From positions 16,364 to 80,363 of the IMG/VR virus record IMGVR_UViG_3300025668_000798: a stretch of DNA of 64,000 nt; one strand, given 5' to 3'. Below the pieces are notes generated by a model. The model saw only the letters and a list, made by a program, of their open reading frames with translations. It searched no databases and was not told the origin of the DNA. This stretch comes from a virus. How positions within the stretch are numbered: the stretch's first letter is position 1; the number at the start of each line of letters is the position of its first letter. Shown here piece after piece: positions 1-8,836 of this stretch. Both the position numbers and the translations under genes were made by a program.

Positions 1-909
1 AGCACGATCAATAAAATCCCAAACCTGTTCTACTCTTGGATCAGGATGCCACCATTTATACATACGGCCGGCTGTCCAACAACACGGCATCATTAGTCCT
101 TCAGCAGTAATAAAGATATTACCTTCTGCTGCAACTTTACATTTAATTTTACAAGTATCATAGTAATCGGCCATGCTGCCGTATTCTTTTGTTAATTGCT
201 TTTCTTTTAATAATGCAAGATTTACATTTTCTATTTTTTTAGGCTTTGCTAAGTTTTGCGTATCTTCGCCTTTGCGATTTTTTGCTTGGTGTGTTTCTTT
301 ACCTGTGAGTTTTGCAGTACTAAAGAATCTTCCGGTTTTTTTCTTAATAAATTTTTCGCAGCCCCATTTGTTAGCAAGTGCTTCTGCTTCGTCTACTTGA
401 TGTTCGTTATGCTGGAATATAATATAATCCCAACGAGCTCTGCCGCCGGCATTTATAAATGCTCGCATATTACGTTCTACATTATCCCAGACAACATTCT
501 GCCTGTATAAATGATTAGTGTCACTAAGACCATCCACGCTAAAAATAACAGCACCCATTCTACCAAAGACTTGGGCAAGTTCACTCCACCACGCTTCATC
601 TTTTGCTCCTGCGTTTGTATTCATTGAGAGCCACATATTAGGATTGTGTTCTCTAAAGTAACGAAAAACTTCTAATGTGTCTTTAGCAACAATAGGATCG
701 CCTAAGTTACCGCACATGAACATTGTTTTTAACTGTGCAATAAATTCGGGTTTAAAGATACGTTTGCAATCTTCTAAACTTAATTCTGCATTTGTAATAT
801 GAGGATTGTCTGCTCCGCCATTCATGTTTCTATCACACATAGGACATGCTGCTTGACATTTTTGTGTAATCTCTAAATGAACTGTTCTAACATCACTATA
901 ACTATACAT
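1..909 (-). CDS. Radical SAM protein with SPASM/twitch-like C-terminus (3' end runs off the window; absent from the ORF track)
   Basis: Manual translation from ATG at 909 gives MYSYSDVRTVHLEITQKCQAACPMCDRN (CxxxCxxC), then MFMCGNLGDP, MNTNAG, FSVDG and GLMMPCCW. No stop seen before position 1. Confidence 0.88.
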   Translation of the reverse strand, partial: MYSYSDVRTVHLEITQKCQAACPMCDRNMNGGADNPHITNAELSLEDCKRIFKPEFIAQLKTMFMCGNLGDPIVAKDTLEVFRYFREHNPNMWLSMNTNAGAKDEAWWSELAQVFGRMGAVIFSVDGLSDTNHLYRQNVVWDNVERNMRAFINAGGRARWDYIIFQHNEHQVDEAEALANKWGCEKFIKKKTGRFFSTAKLTGKETHQAKNRKGEDTQNLAKPKKIENVNLALLKEKQLTKEYGSMADYYDTCKIKCKVAAEGNIFITAEGLMMPCCWTAGRMYKWWHPDPRVEQVWDFIDRA

Positions 910-911
910 TC

Positions 912-1262
912 CTAGTCCCAATACATTTTATTATTCTTTTGATAGAAGTATTCTTTTTCTAATTGTAACATATCATTATAGGTAAATCTATGATGAAATG
1001 TACCGTATCCTATACTTATACTAAAACGCACATACGGATCTAACTTACGCTCAGGTCTAGGTCCGTGTTTTTTATATTCAATAACTGCATAACCGCCTTC
1101 AAATTCAAACTCTATGCCAGTTTGCCAATTATCAATTATTTTTTCAAAGTCAGATATTGTAAATCTATAACCATTTACTAAAGTTTCATTTATCTTTACA
1201 CTAACATCTACTCGATTTTGATCTTTGAATAGATAAATTTTTAAAGGTTGTGTAAATTTCAT
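912..1262 (-). CDS. Hypothetical protein
   Basis: 116-aa ORF with an ATGA overlap with the upstream gene. No recognised motif. Confidence 0.7.
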   Translation of the reverse strand: MKFTQPLKIYLFKDQNRVDVSVKINETLVNGYRFTISDFEKIIDNWQTGIEFEFEGGYAVIEYKKHGPRPERKLDPYVRFSISIGYGTFHHRFTYNDMLQLEKEYFYQKNNKMYWD

Positions 1263-1483
1263 TCTATCACCAACTTTACCTTTTTGCCTGGGCCAGTTTG
1301 ACTTGGCAAATCACCGTATTCCTCAATATACCATTTGATTACAGCTTTATACCATTGTTGACTATTATGGTGTGCTTGTTTATTAAATTGCCAAATATTA
1401 TTATTTGTAGCCTGCATTGTACTCAGAGCTCTTGCACTTTCTTTTTGTAACTGTCTTAAACTTAATATTTCTAAATCTATCAT
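1259..1483 (-). CDS. Hypothetical protein
   Basis: 74-aa ORF with 4-nt overlaps at both ends, consistent with translational coupling. Confidence 0.7.
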   Translation of the reverse strand: MIDLEILSLRQLQKESARALSTMQATNNNIWQFNKQAHHNSQQWYKAVIKWYIEEYGDLPSQTGPGKKVKLVIE

Positions 1484-2367
1484 GGACGTCCTATAACCAT
1501 AAATCTTTTATATCCATATAATTCTTGTTCACCAGCGTATTCAAGTCGCTCCATTGGAAACTTTTTACACATATGATCTATACTATGTACGCAATTTACA
1601 TGTTCTTCAACATCAAACAAGTTATTACTTTGAATAACAAACAATGGATCGCTTTCCATTGGTCTATGCACAAATTTTTGATACCACGTACTAGGCATGT
1701 GTTCGGCACTTGTATTAAACACTAAACTTGGTTGTGTTTTTTCAAATATTTCTTTGTCAGTTGTATAATTTTTAACATTATAAGTACACCCTGTTCTGCT
1801 GATCCATTCCATGTTTTTATCTAAATCGCTGCTACTTGCCATTGGTAGTTTCATTTCAACAGATTTTACTTTATAACCTTCAATACGCTGTGCATTAAAA
1901 ATCTTATCACTAATGTAACATGCTTCAGAATCAACATCAAACACTCTCATTTTATTATATTCTATAACTTGCTCAAGGAACAAACGTATCTGTCCGTACC
2001 ATCCTCCGAGTACATACACAGTATCAAATTCTTTTTGTATTTTTGCAAGTTCTTCCATTGCCCATATTTTACTATTTACTTGCCCTCTACTAAATGCATC
2101 TTGTAGGAAAATAGGATTATAATTATTTCTATAATACTTGTCAAATATATCAAAAATATCGTTAGTTGTTTGTTTCTTTAAAAAATGCAAAAATTCTGCA
2201 ATGTTAAGATCCAATGACAAATTTATCATATTGTCCTTTGAATACATCATTGATAAGAAAAAATCAACAAGCATTTTTGATTCTTTATCGTTGACAAAAT
2301 CAAAATATTCTTGTAGGCCATGCAACCAACTTATATTATCTACTGCAATTTCATTATTTACATTCAT
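1480..2367 (-). CDS. Class I SAM-dependent methyltransferase-like protein
   Basis: VYVLGGWYG resembles motif I, followed by an acidic strand end (RVFDVD) and FNTSAEHM. Start placed at ATG 2367 after a GAGGAG RBS. Confidence 0.6.
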   Translation of the reverse strand: MNVNNEIAVDNISWLHGLQEYFDFVNDKESKMLVDFFLSMMYSKDNMINLSLDLNIAEFLHFLKKQTTNDIFDIFDKYYRNNYNPIFLQDAFSRGQVNSKIWAMEELAKIQKEFDTVYVLGGWYGQIRLFLEQVIEYNKMRVFDVDSEACYISDKIFNAQRIEGYKVKSVEMKLPMASSSDLDKNMEWISRTGCTYNVKNYTTDKEIFEKTQPSLVFNTSAEHMPSTWYQKFVHRPMESDPLFVIQSNNLFDVEEHVNCVHSIDHMCKKFPMERLEYAGEQELYGYKRFMVIGRP

Positions 2368-3385
2368 TACCAAATCTCTCCTCTAACCAATCAAAGTCAT
2401 TAATCTTTTTTAATTCTTCACTGTTGTGTTTACTACGAGCACCAAATACTGCTCCTGACTTTGCACCTTGGAATGCATAATCAGCAAAGTCTCCTGTACC
2501 TTTTGTACACCAAGTAACAAGACGTTGTTGTGTTTCGTTATCTTTTTGTCTGTCTATTACACGACTACTTAGCTTTGCACATTCTCTAAATGCACTTTTC
2601 CATGTATTAAAAGGATCAGTGTTAAATCCAGTAATGTTGCTTACTTGCATCATTGCTACAAATTTGTTACTGATACTTGTGGTCATATCAGGCTTACTTG
2701 TGTCCATATTAATTGTTTCTTCTCTTGGAAACAACTTTACTCCGCCGTATCCATATTCAAGACCGTTTACCGGGTTAATACTGCGCCAAACGTGTACTGC
2801 TTTACTATTCCACCATTCAGGTACATAGTCAAAATTAAAGTTATCAACTATTTCAGCATCACCGTCAACTATCCAGACTCTGTCAGATGTACAAAGTTTT
2901 GCAGCTTCAATGTGTGCCTGGTGTATTCCTTTTACTCCATGTACCCGTTTAGCTCGTGGAAATCTTTCCAACAAATTTTGATAATTTTCATCTGCGTTTG
3001 GCTCTTGATAGCTGATGAAAACTATATCACTTGTTTCACTTATTGGTGTGCTTGCAGAAATATCTGTAAACTTTTTGTTAATATAAAATCTAGCAGCAAG
3101 CTCTCCTGGCCCGTGATGGCTTCCTTTTGGCATAAGTGCAACACCGTCGTAATTTTTACCATTTAAAAATACGTGTGTATACTCTATATCAGCCGGCTTA
3201 GATGTGTATGTAAAATCCCAATCATTATTGAGTTCTACTTCCGGATATACAATCCATAACATCTTTGTATTCGATTGTGCCTTTGCTGAAACAACGGATT
3301 CTGCCGTTTTAGCAATTATAAATTTTTGTTTTAACTTTAGGTACTGAGGGTGATCATTTGATCCAATAAAATATATATCATACAT
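2354..3385 (-). CDS. GT-A fold glycosyltransferase-like protein with a degenerate N-terminal domain duplication
   Basis: DIVFISYQEPNADENY...KRVHGVKGIHQAH...WIVDGD (DxD), YGYGGVKL and WKSAFRE. Paralog of 10880..11800. Confidence 0.7.
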   Translation of the reverse strand: MYDIYFIGSNDHPQYLKLKQKFIIAKTAESVVSAKAQSNTKMLWIVYPEVELNNDWDFTYTSKPADIEYTHVFLNGKNYDGVALMPKGSHHGPGELAARFYINKKFTDISASTPISETSDIVFISYQEPNADENYQNLLERFPRAKRVHGVKGIHQAHIEAAKLCTSDRVWIVDGDAEIVDNFNFDYVPEWWNSKAVHVWRSINPVNGLEYGYGGVKLFPREETINMDTSKPDMTTSISNKFVAMMQVSNITGFNTDPFNTWKSAFRECAKLSSRVIDRQKDNETQQRLVTWCTKGTGDFADYAFQGAKSGAVFGARSKHNSEELKKINDFDWLEERFGNECK

Positions 3386-3391
3386 AAACTA

Positions 3392-3420
3392 ATTATTACA
3401 CAGATCCGTGTTCCTGTCAA
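3392..3420 (-). promoter_or_regulatory. Sigma70-like promoter (TTGACA-17-AATAAT)
   Basis: The minus strand reads TTGACA ggaacacggatctgtgt AATAAT tagttt ATG(3385). Confidence 0.55.
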
Positions 3421-3463
3421 CTATTTAATGATAAATATTTTTTACATAAGGATATATGAATCA

Positions 3464-3604
3464 ATGGCCGTGCATAAAATAGATTATAAGTTTCCTAAAG
3501 ATACGCTCTTACATGAGTACGAAACACTATTTGAAACAAAGACCGAAATACAAGATCAAGTAGCAACTTTTGATAAAGTTAAGGAAATTATATGTCAGAA
3601 ATAA
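3464..3604 (+). CDS. 46-aa mini-ORF, possibly an internally deleted gene remnant
   Basis: MAVHKIDYKFPKDTLLHEYETLFETKTEIQDQVATFDKVKEIICQK*. It follows TAAATA (3432-3437) and its end overlaps the next gene's start. Confidence 0.45.
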   Translation: MAVHKIDYKFPKDTLLHEYETLFETKTEIQDQVATFDKVKEIICQK

Positions 3605-5214
3605 TCATATTTAATGATTGTAACGGACCATTAGGATTTGGAAGATACGCAGGACCATATAGATTAGCAACAGACTTGAGAGACAACGGGTTTACTGTTC
3701 AAGTTGTTGAATTTTATGGTGACATGGAAGTTGAAGAAGTCGAACAGGTAATAGAATCATGTGTTACAGACGAAACTCTTTGGGTAGGGTTTGCAACAAC
3801 GTTGTACGGTAAGCATCTTTCTTTCAAAGAACAACTAAAAGTATGGCTTACTCCTCCTATGGGCGCACTTTCGCAACTAGGTGAAATTTGGCATACGCTC
3901 TGGCCTCATACAGAAGAACAGACGCAAGGGTTTTTTAAAAAAATTAAAGAAACAAATCCCAAAACTAAAATTGTTGTTGGCGGCTATAAAGCATTATTAG
4001 AAAGTACTGAGAATGTAGACTATTGGATATTAGGACAAGGTGATGCATCTTCCGTTGCATTATCAAAGCACTTAAAATTTGGCGACAAACTTAAAGTTAT
4101 CGAAATGGAAAACAGCAACGTAATTACAGATAAGATGTATGACTTTGCAGGATTTAATGATAGTAAAATTGTATGGCACGAATCAGATCATATTTTTCCA
4201 AATGAAGAATTACCAATTGAAACTGCTAGGGGATGTATTTTTAAATGTGCGTTCTGTGCTTTTAATCTAAATGGAAAGAAGTTTGGAGATTATACTAAAA
4301 ACGGTGATACATTAAGAGACGAACTTATGTATAACTATGAACATTTCGGCACGACCGGTTATATGGTTAGTGACGATACAATGAACGACAGTTTAACAAA
4401 AATAAAATATTTGCACGAAGTAATTACCAGTTTACCTTTCAAAATTAATATTAGCGGATTCTTACGTTTAGATGTTATTGCTGCCCAGCGTGAAATGATT
4501 CCTCTTTTGCACGAAATGGGACTAGTCACTGCCAACTTTGGTATTGAAACATTTAATCAGGAAGCTGGAAAAGTTATAGGCAAGGGTGCAGATCCTCAAA
4601 TGTTAAAAGAGTTTCTCTATGAATTAAAAGACGCATGGAAGGACGATGTTTACACAGGGGCCAATTTTATTATTGGATTACCAAAAGAAAGTAAAGAAAG
4701 TGTTTTAGATACAATGGAGTGGCTACATAGGCCCGATGTACCGTTACATGTTATTGCATATAATAGATTATATATTAAACAATTTAATAGAGGGATAAAC
4801 CCATTACACATAAGCGATTATGATATGTTTAAATATGGATTTAAAAAATCAGTAGACGGGTGGCAATATAACGCTACTAGTAAAATTGAAGACGACTCTC
4901 AAAAATACGACATCCAGCATAACGAAAACGACATGAATTGGTTTGAATGGACATCTCCATATATGACAGCACAAGAAGCAGACCAACTTGTAGAACAATT
5001 CTATTATGATCCACGAAATGCACACAAGAAATTTACACTTGCTGGATTTGTACAGTATAATAGAATTAAAAATTTAGGGTATAACAAAGAAGAAACATAT
5101 AGAGCACAAACAAATGACCCTAAATTTATAGTAGATGCTATAAACCAACGCAGAGCTATGAAAGAACAATATCTACAAAAACTTCTGATAAATAAGTGTA
5201 GGAGACAAACATGA
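3592..5214 (+). CDS. Cobalamin-binding-domain radical SAM enzyme (class B methyltransferase-like)
   Basis: N-terminal Rossmann-like domain (GPYRLATDLRDNGFTVQVV, TKIVVGG, ILGQGD), then IETARGCIFKCAFC, SDDT, FGIET and NFIIGLP. Confidence 0.85.
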   Translation: MSEIIIFNDCNGPLGFGRYAGPYRLATDLRDNGFTVQVVEFYGDMEVEEVEQVIESCVTDETLWVGFATTLYGKHLSFKEQLKVWLTPPMGALSQLGEIWHTLWPHTEEQTQGFFKKIKETNPKTKIVVGGYKALLESTENVDYWILGQGDASSVALSKHLKFGDKLKVIEMENSNVITDKMYDFAGFNDSKIVWHESDHIFPNEELPIETARGCIFKCAFCAFNLNGKKFGDYTKNGDTLRDELMYNYEHFGTTGYMVSDDTMNDSLTKIKYLHEVITSLPFKINISGFLRLDVIAAQREMIPLLHEMGLVTANFGIETFNQEAGKVIGKGADPQMLKEFLYELKDAWKDDVYTGANFIIGLPKESKESVLDTMEWLHRPDVPLHVIAYNRLYIKQFNRGINPLHISDYDMFKYGFKKSVDGWQYNATSKIEDDSQKYDIQHNENDMNWFEWTSPYMTAQEADQLVEQFYYDPRNAHKKFTLAGFVQYNRIKNLGYNKEETYRAQTNDPKFIVDAINQRRAMKEQYLQKLLINKCRRQT

Positions 5215-6488
5215 GTATAATACCTGGTGACACAGTAAGATTAACAATTACAGGCAGCGATAGCTCTGTTCTAGTAGATAGCTGGAGTAGTTCAATTAGA
5301 GGTCCTGTAGTAGGCAGTGACAATTCAACATTAGTCGATACTGCAAACAACGTACTATTAGGAAAACTTGACGGAGTATTGGCTGGGAATGTTACAGCTA
5401 GTAACGGCTCTGTTGTTTTAAATCCAGGTAGCACAGGTGCTGATGCTGTGTTTATAGGAGATGTAACTGGCGACTTAGTTGGAGAAGTATTTGGAGATGT
5501 CACAGGTAATTTACAAGGTGACGTAATCGACGATCAAGAAAATGTTATATTGGATGCTACTAATCGTACACTAACAATAGATACTGTTACTGTACAAAAC
5601 ATTGTTTTACAAAATGATCTCACTGTTGCTGACTTGACTTCGGCTACAGCAACTATCGGACAATTATACGGTACTCTGTTAGGCGATGTCTCTGGTCAAC
5701 ATTATGGAGAAGTGTTTGGCGATGTAACAGGTGACTTGACTGGTGATGTTACAGGTAATTTAATTGGTAATGTCGAAGGTGATGTTTTTGGAAACACAAC
5801 CGGTGAGCACTTTGGCAATGTTGTTGGCGATGTTTTAGGCGACACTAGTGGCACACACACTGGCAATGTTGAAGGCAATGTTGTTGGCGATTTAGAAGGC
5901 ATGGTTAGAAATGAAGACCATATAGGATTATCTATTTCAGACAATGGTATAATATCTATTGGCGGCAGTCCAAACATTACCACAATATCAACTGGGCCAG
6001 AACTTGCTGATACTACATTAGTTAATAACTTTAGAGAAAAGAACGATTTTATAGTTGTTCCTCATTCAACAAATTTAGCAGGACAACGTGCGCATTTTCA
6101 TAGAGTAAGCAACGGAGAAAAAGCAAGTATAGCACCTGGCGAAATATTAGACTTTAAAGCAATATTAGCTCATAACGGAACTGATTATGCACAAGCAGGA
6201 GCATGGGGTTATATTGCAGACCCAGAGTCAACAATATCAAACACAGGCAGTATTAGAACACTATTTGGTGTAAGTGTAGCCGACGGAACAAATCCACCGG
6301 ATATAATAGGACCAAAAAGATTAAGTGTAAATCATCAAGGTACAGTTGGCGGATATGCATTTAAAGCACACCCCATTAACAGTACACAACGTAATGATTT
6401 AGACGCCGAAGCAGGTATGATTATTTTCAACAATAGTACAAATAAATTCCAAGGATATAATGGCAGTATGTGGGTTGACATAAGCTAA
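5211..6488 (+). CDS. Putative virion fibre/appendage protein with G-[DN]-[VL]-x tetrapeptide repeats
   Basis: Long runs such as GDVTGDLTGDVTGNLIGNVEGDVFG, and a C-terminal GMIIFNNSTNKFQGYNGSMW motif typical of phage fibres. TAAATA at 5189-5194 and a GGAG RBS lie upstream. Confidence 0.65.
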   Translation: MSIIPGDTVRLTITGSDSSVLVDSWSSSIRGPVVGSDNSTLVDTANNVLLGKLDGVLAGNVTASNGSVVLNPGSTGADAVFIGDVTGDLVGEVFGDVTGNLQGDVIDDQENVILDATNRTLTIDTVTVQNIVLQNDLTVADLTSATATIGQLYGTLLGDVSGQHYGEVFGDVTGDLTGDVTGNLIGNVEGDVFGNTTGEHFGNVVGDVLGDTSGTHTGNVEGNVVGDLEGMVRNEDHIGLSISDNGIISIGGSPNITTISTGPELADTTLVNNFREKNDFIVVPHSTNLAGQRAHFHRVSNGEKASIAPGEILDFKAILAHNGTDYAQAGAWGYIADPESTISNTGSIRTLFGVSVADGTNPPDIIGPKRLSVNHQGTVGGYAFKAHPINSTQRNDLDAEAGMIIFNNSTNKFQGYNGSMWVDIS

Positions 6489-6503
6489 CCTTTATGCTAT
6501 TAT
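6475..6503 (+). promoter_or_regulatory. Sigma70-like promoter (TTGACA-17-TATTAT, extended -10 TG)
   Basis: TTGACA at 6475-6480 and TATTAT at 6498-6503, 6 nt before ATG 6510. Confidence 0.6.
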
Positions 6504-6509
6504 AATAGC

Positions 6510-7169
6510 ATGAGTAAATTATATTTTGGAGTGTGTCCATACGGAACAGTATGCGATGTTTTTATTAATACATTAGCAGGTTGGAGTGATGAATGGGTAC
6601 AACCATGCACACCCGATATAACCAATACAGGACATCTAATACACAACAATCATGAACAATATGTTTTAGATTTAACCAACAATAATCCAATGCAATTTAG
6701 AAATATCGATTGGACAGATCGCCTGTCTGATATTGAAGCAGTTCTTAGTAATGCCGGAGATAAAAAAGTATGGATTGGTAATTTTTCAAGCAAACAAGCA
6801 AGACTAATTAAAAAACATTTTGGCAGTGATGCGACTACTGTAGGAATTACATATACTCCTAACACACGTGATCTAGTATTAGAAAATGTAATTACATATT
6901 ATTCTGGGTTATCTACTGAAACAGATAAAGAAAAATACAATGTAGGATACAATGTAAGATATCAGATGAATAAAGACAAATGGGAAAAAATGGTTCCATA
7001 CTCTTTTCAACTAGATACTGATTTTTCAATCGATCTTATAGATTTTCTAAAGCCAGATAATTACATTGATGCAGTTGAACAGATCGACGGGCTGCGAAAT
7101 GAAAAACAATTAGAATATTATTTTACATGGTTGTTTAGAACCAAGGAGAGATTAAATGAAAATAAGTAA
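6510..7169 (+). CDS. Hypothetical protein (possibly degenerate sulfotransferase-like fold)
   Basis: 219-aa ORF. The N-terminal strand-loop-helix LYFGVCPYGTVCDVFINTL is only weakly reminiscent of that fold. Confidence 0.6.
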   Translation: MSKLYFGVCPYGTVCDVFINTLAGWSDEWVQPCTPDITNTGHLIHNNHEQYVLDLTNNNPMQFRNIDWTDRLSDIEAVLSNAGDKKVWIGNFSSKQARLIKKHFGSDATTVGITYTPNTRDLVLENVITYYSGLSTETDKEKYNVGYNVRYQMNKDKWEKMVPYSFQLDTDFSIDLIDFLKPDNYIDAVEQIDGLRNEKQLEYYFTWLFRTKERLNENK

Positions 7170-8244
7170 AATACCCGGATGTGGAAGTTTTGGCGTTTTT
7201 ATCGATGATGTCAACTTTAATAATATGACTGACGAACAATGGACAGATATTGGTAAGATACATCTTAAAGAAATGGTTACAATAATACGTGGAGCAAAAT
7301 TAGATAAAGACACGTATTATAAATGGATGAGAAAATGGGGTAAAGACCGCATGACATTTTGGGGATTGCTTTTCCAAAAGTATCCTTGGTGGAACGGTAA
7401 ACTAGACAGCATTATGACACACCCAGATGTTAGCGAAGACGATAAAAATAGTATTTGGGGATTTTTCCGTGTAAGAGAAGGTGTTGGTCAAGAACAAGGC
7501 AATATTATCCGTGTTAGTGGCAAGAAAGACGAATACGGAAATCCATTAGGAATGTTTGCAGAAGGCGAGCTACTATGGCATAGTAATGAAAGTGGTAATA
7601 TAGCATTTGCCCCTGGTGTAGCACTGCTCGGAATGGAAGGCACAACTAAAAGTGCTACCGGATTCTTGACAACAGTTGATTACTACCAAGATGTAAGCGA
7701 AAGTTTTCGCAGCGAATTAGACGAAATGATATTACTGCATAACTTTACGCCAGGAAAAATTAATCCAGGTTTAAATAGTAATCAAGATAATTTAATGTAT
7801 AAAAATATGGCACCTGATCCTAATGCAGAGATTCCTATGGTAATACGCAGCCCGGGCGGACATAAAGGTTTGCATTATAGTTTCAATACAGTTACAGGCA
7901 TCAAAGGCATGTCTGACGCAGAAGCTCTCAAAGTACTAGAAAAAATTAAATCAGAACTAGAAGTTGACAAATACATTTACGATCACTGGTACCAAGAAGA
8001 TGGCGATTTGTGTTTGTTTGATAATAGTATTACACAACACAGACGTTTAGGTAGCACTGATAATAGACTATGCTTAAGATATCAATACGATTATACAAAT
8101 TTGCAAGACGAACCGTGGATGCCCTATTTGCAACAACCTTATATTAATAGCTATATTGATCGTATTAGCTTTGTAGTAAATGCAATGCAAAACAAAGAAT
8201 TTAAATTACCAAAAAAGGAAACTTATGAAGCACTGGCATCTTGA
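7156..8244 (+). CDS. TauD/TfdA-family 2OG-Fe(II) dioxygenase (HxN variant)
   Basis: GSFGVFIDDV, LLWHSNES, SATGFLTTVDYY, HWYQEDGDLCLFDNSITQHRR and RLCLR. Confidence 0.85.
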   Translation: MKISKIPGCGSFGVFIDDVNFNNMTDEQWTDIGKIHLKEMVTIIRGAKLDKDTYYKWMRKWGKDRMTFWGLLFQKYPWWNGKLDSIMTHPDVSEDDKNSIWGFFRVREGVGQEQGNIIRVSGKKDEYGNPLGMFAEGELLWHSNESGNIAFAPGVALLGMEGTTKSATGFLTTVDYYQDVSESFRSELDEMILLHNFTPGKINPGLNSNQDNLMYKNMAPDPNAEIPMVIRSPGGHKGLHYSFNTVTGIKGMSDAEALKVLEKIKSELEVDKYIYDHWYQEDGDLCLFDNSITQHRRLGSTDNRLCLRYQYDYTNLQDEPWMPYLQQPYINSYIDRISFVVNAMQNKEFKLPKKETYEALAS

Positions 8245-8836
8245 AACATATGACGGAACACAAGATTTAACAGAATTTTTTATTGAAGCAGAACGTAGAC
8301 GCTTTTACAACAACAGCAATGCAGATATGTTGCTAAAGTCTCTTGAAAACGAAATAGATGCAAATTTATTTTTGTTGTATAATGCCGAAAGAATTATTGG
8401 TTGTGTAGTTAGTCATAAATTACAAGGACTTGAAATTTTAGGAAGTCCTGCTTATAGGATTGGTGCTAGAATTTGTGTACTAAGTCATTTGGTACAAGGA
8501 CACCGTTTACACAATACTATGAGAAATTTAAGAAATGCACCACGTCCGCACGATCATCCTAGCGCACAATTTCTTATACCAGCGTGTATAGAACATTGCG
8601 GCAGAGATGCTAATATGTATATAAGCACACACCCTAGTCCTATTGCAAAACAAAGAGCAGTTCATACACGCTGGGCTCCAGAATGGCGTAAACAGGGCTT
8701 TTTAGAAGATCCTATTGAATTAGAGTACAGAGGTACAATACAAAGTTTTTGGAAATTTAAAGTAGATAATTATTACAAAGAAATGCAAGACGAACGTTGG
8801 CCTGAGGCTGAAGAAATACTACCGGTTCTTACTTAA
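8225..8836 (+). CDS. GNAT-like acyltransferase
   Basis: LFLLYNAERIIGCVVSH...YRIGARICVL strand pattern and a late KQGF motif. Start moved to the in-frame ATG at 8225. Confidence 0.5.
   Translation: MKHWHLETYDGTQDLTEFFIEAERRRFYNNSNADMLLKSLENEIDANLFLLYNAERIIGCVVSHKLQGLEILGSPAYRIGARICVLSHLVQGHRLHNTMRNLRNAPRPHDHPSAQFLIPACIEHCGRDANMYISTHPSPIAKQRAVHTRWAPEWRKQGFLEDPIELEYRGTIQSFWKFKVDNYYKEMQDERWPEAEEILPVLT

Noticed and set aside
5440-5900. Repetitive DNA that could suggest a CRISPR array or VNTR
   Set aside because: These are degenerate 12-nt coding repeats with no constant repeat and unique spacer structure.
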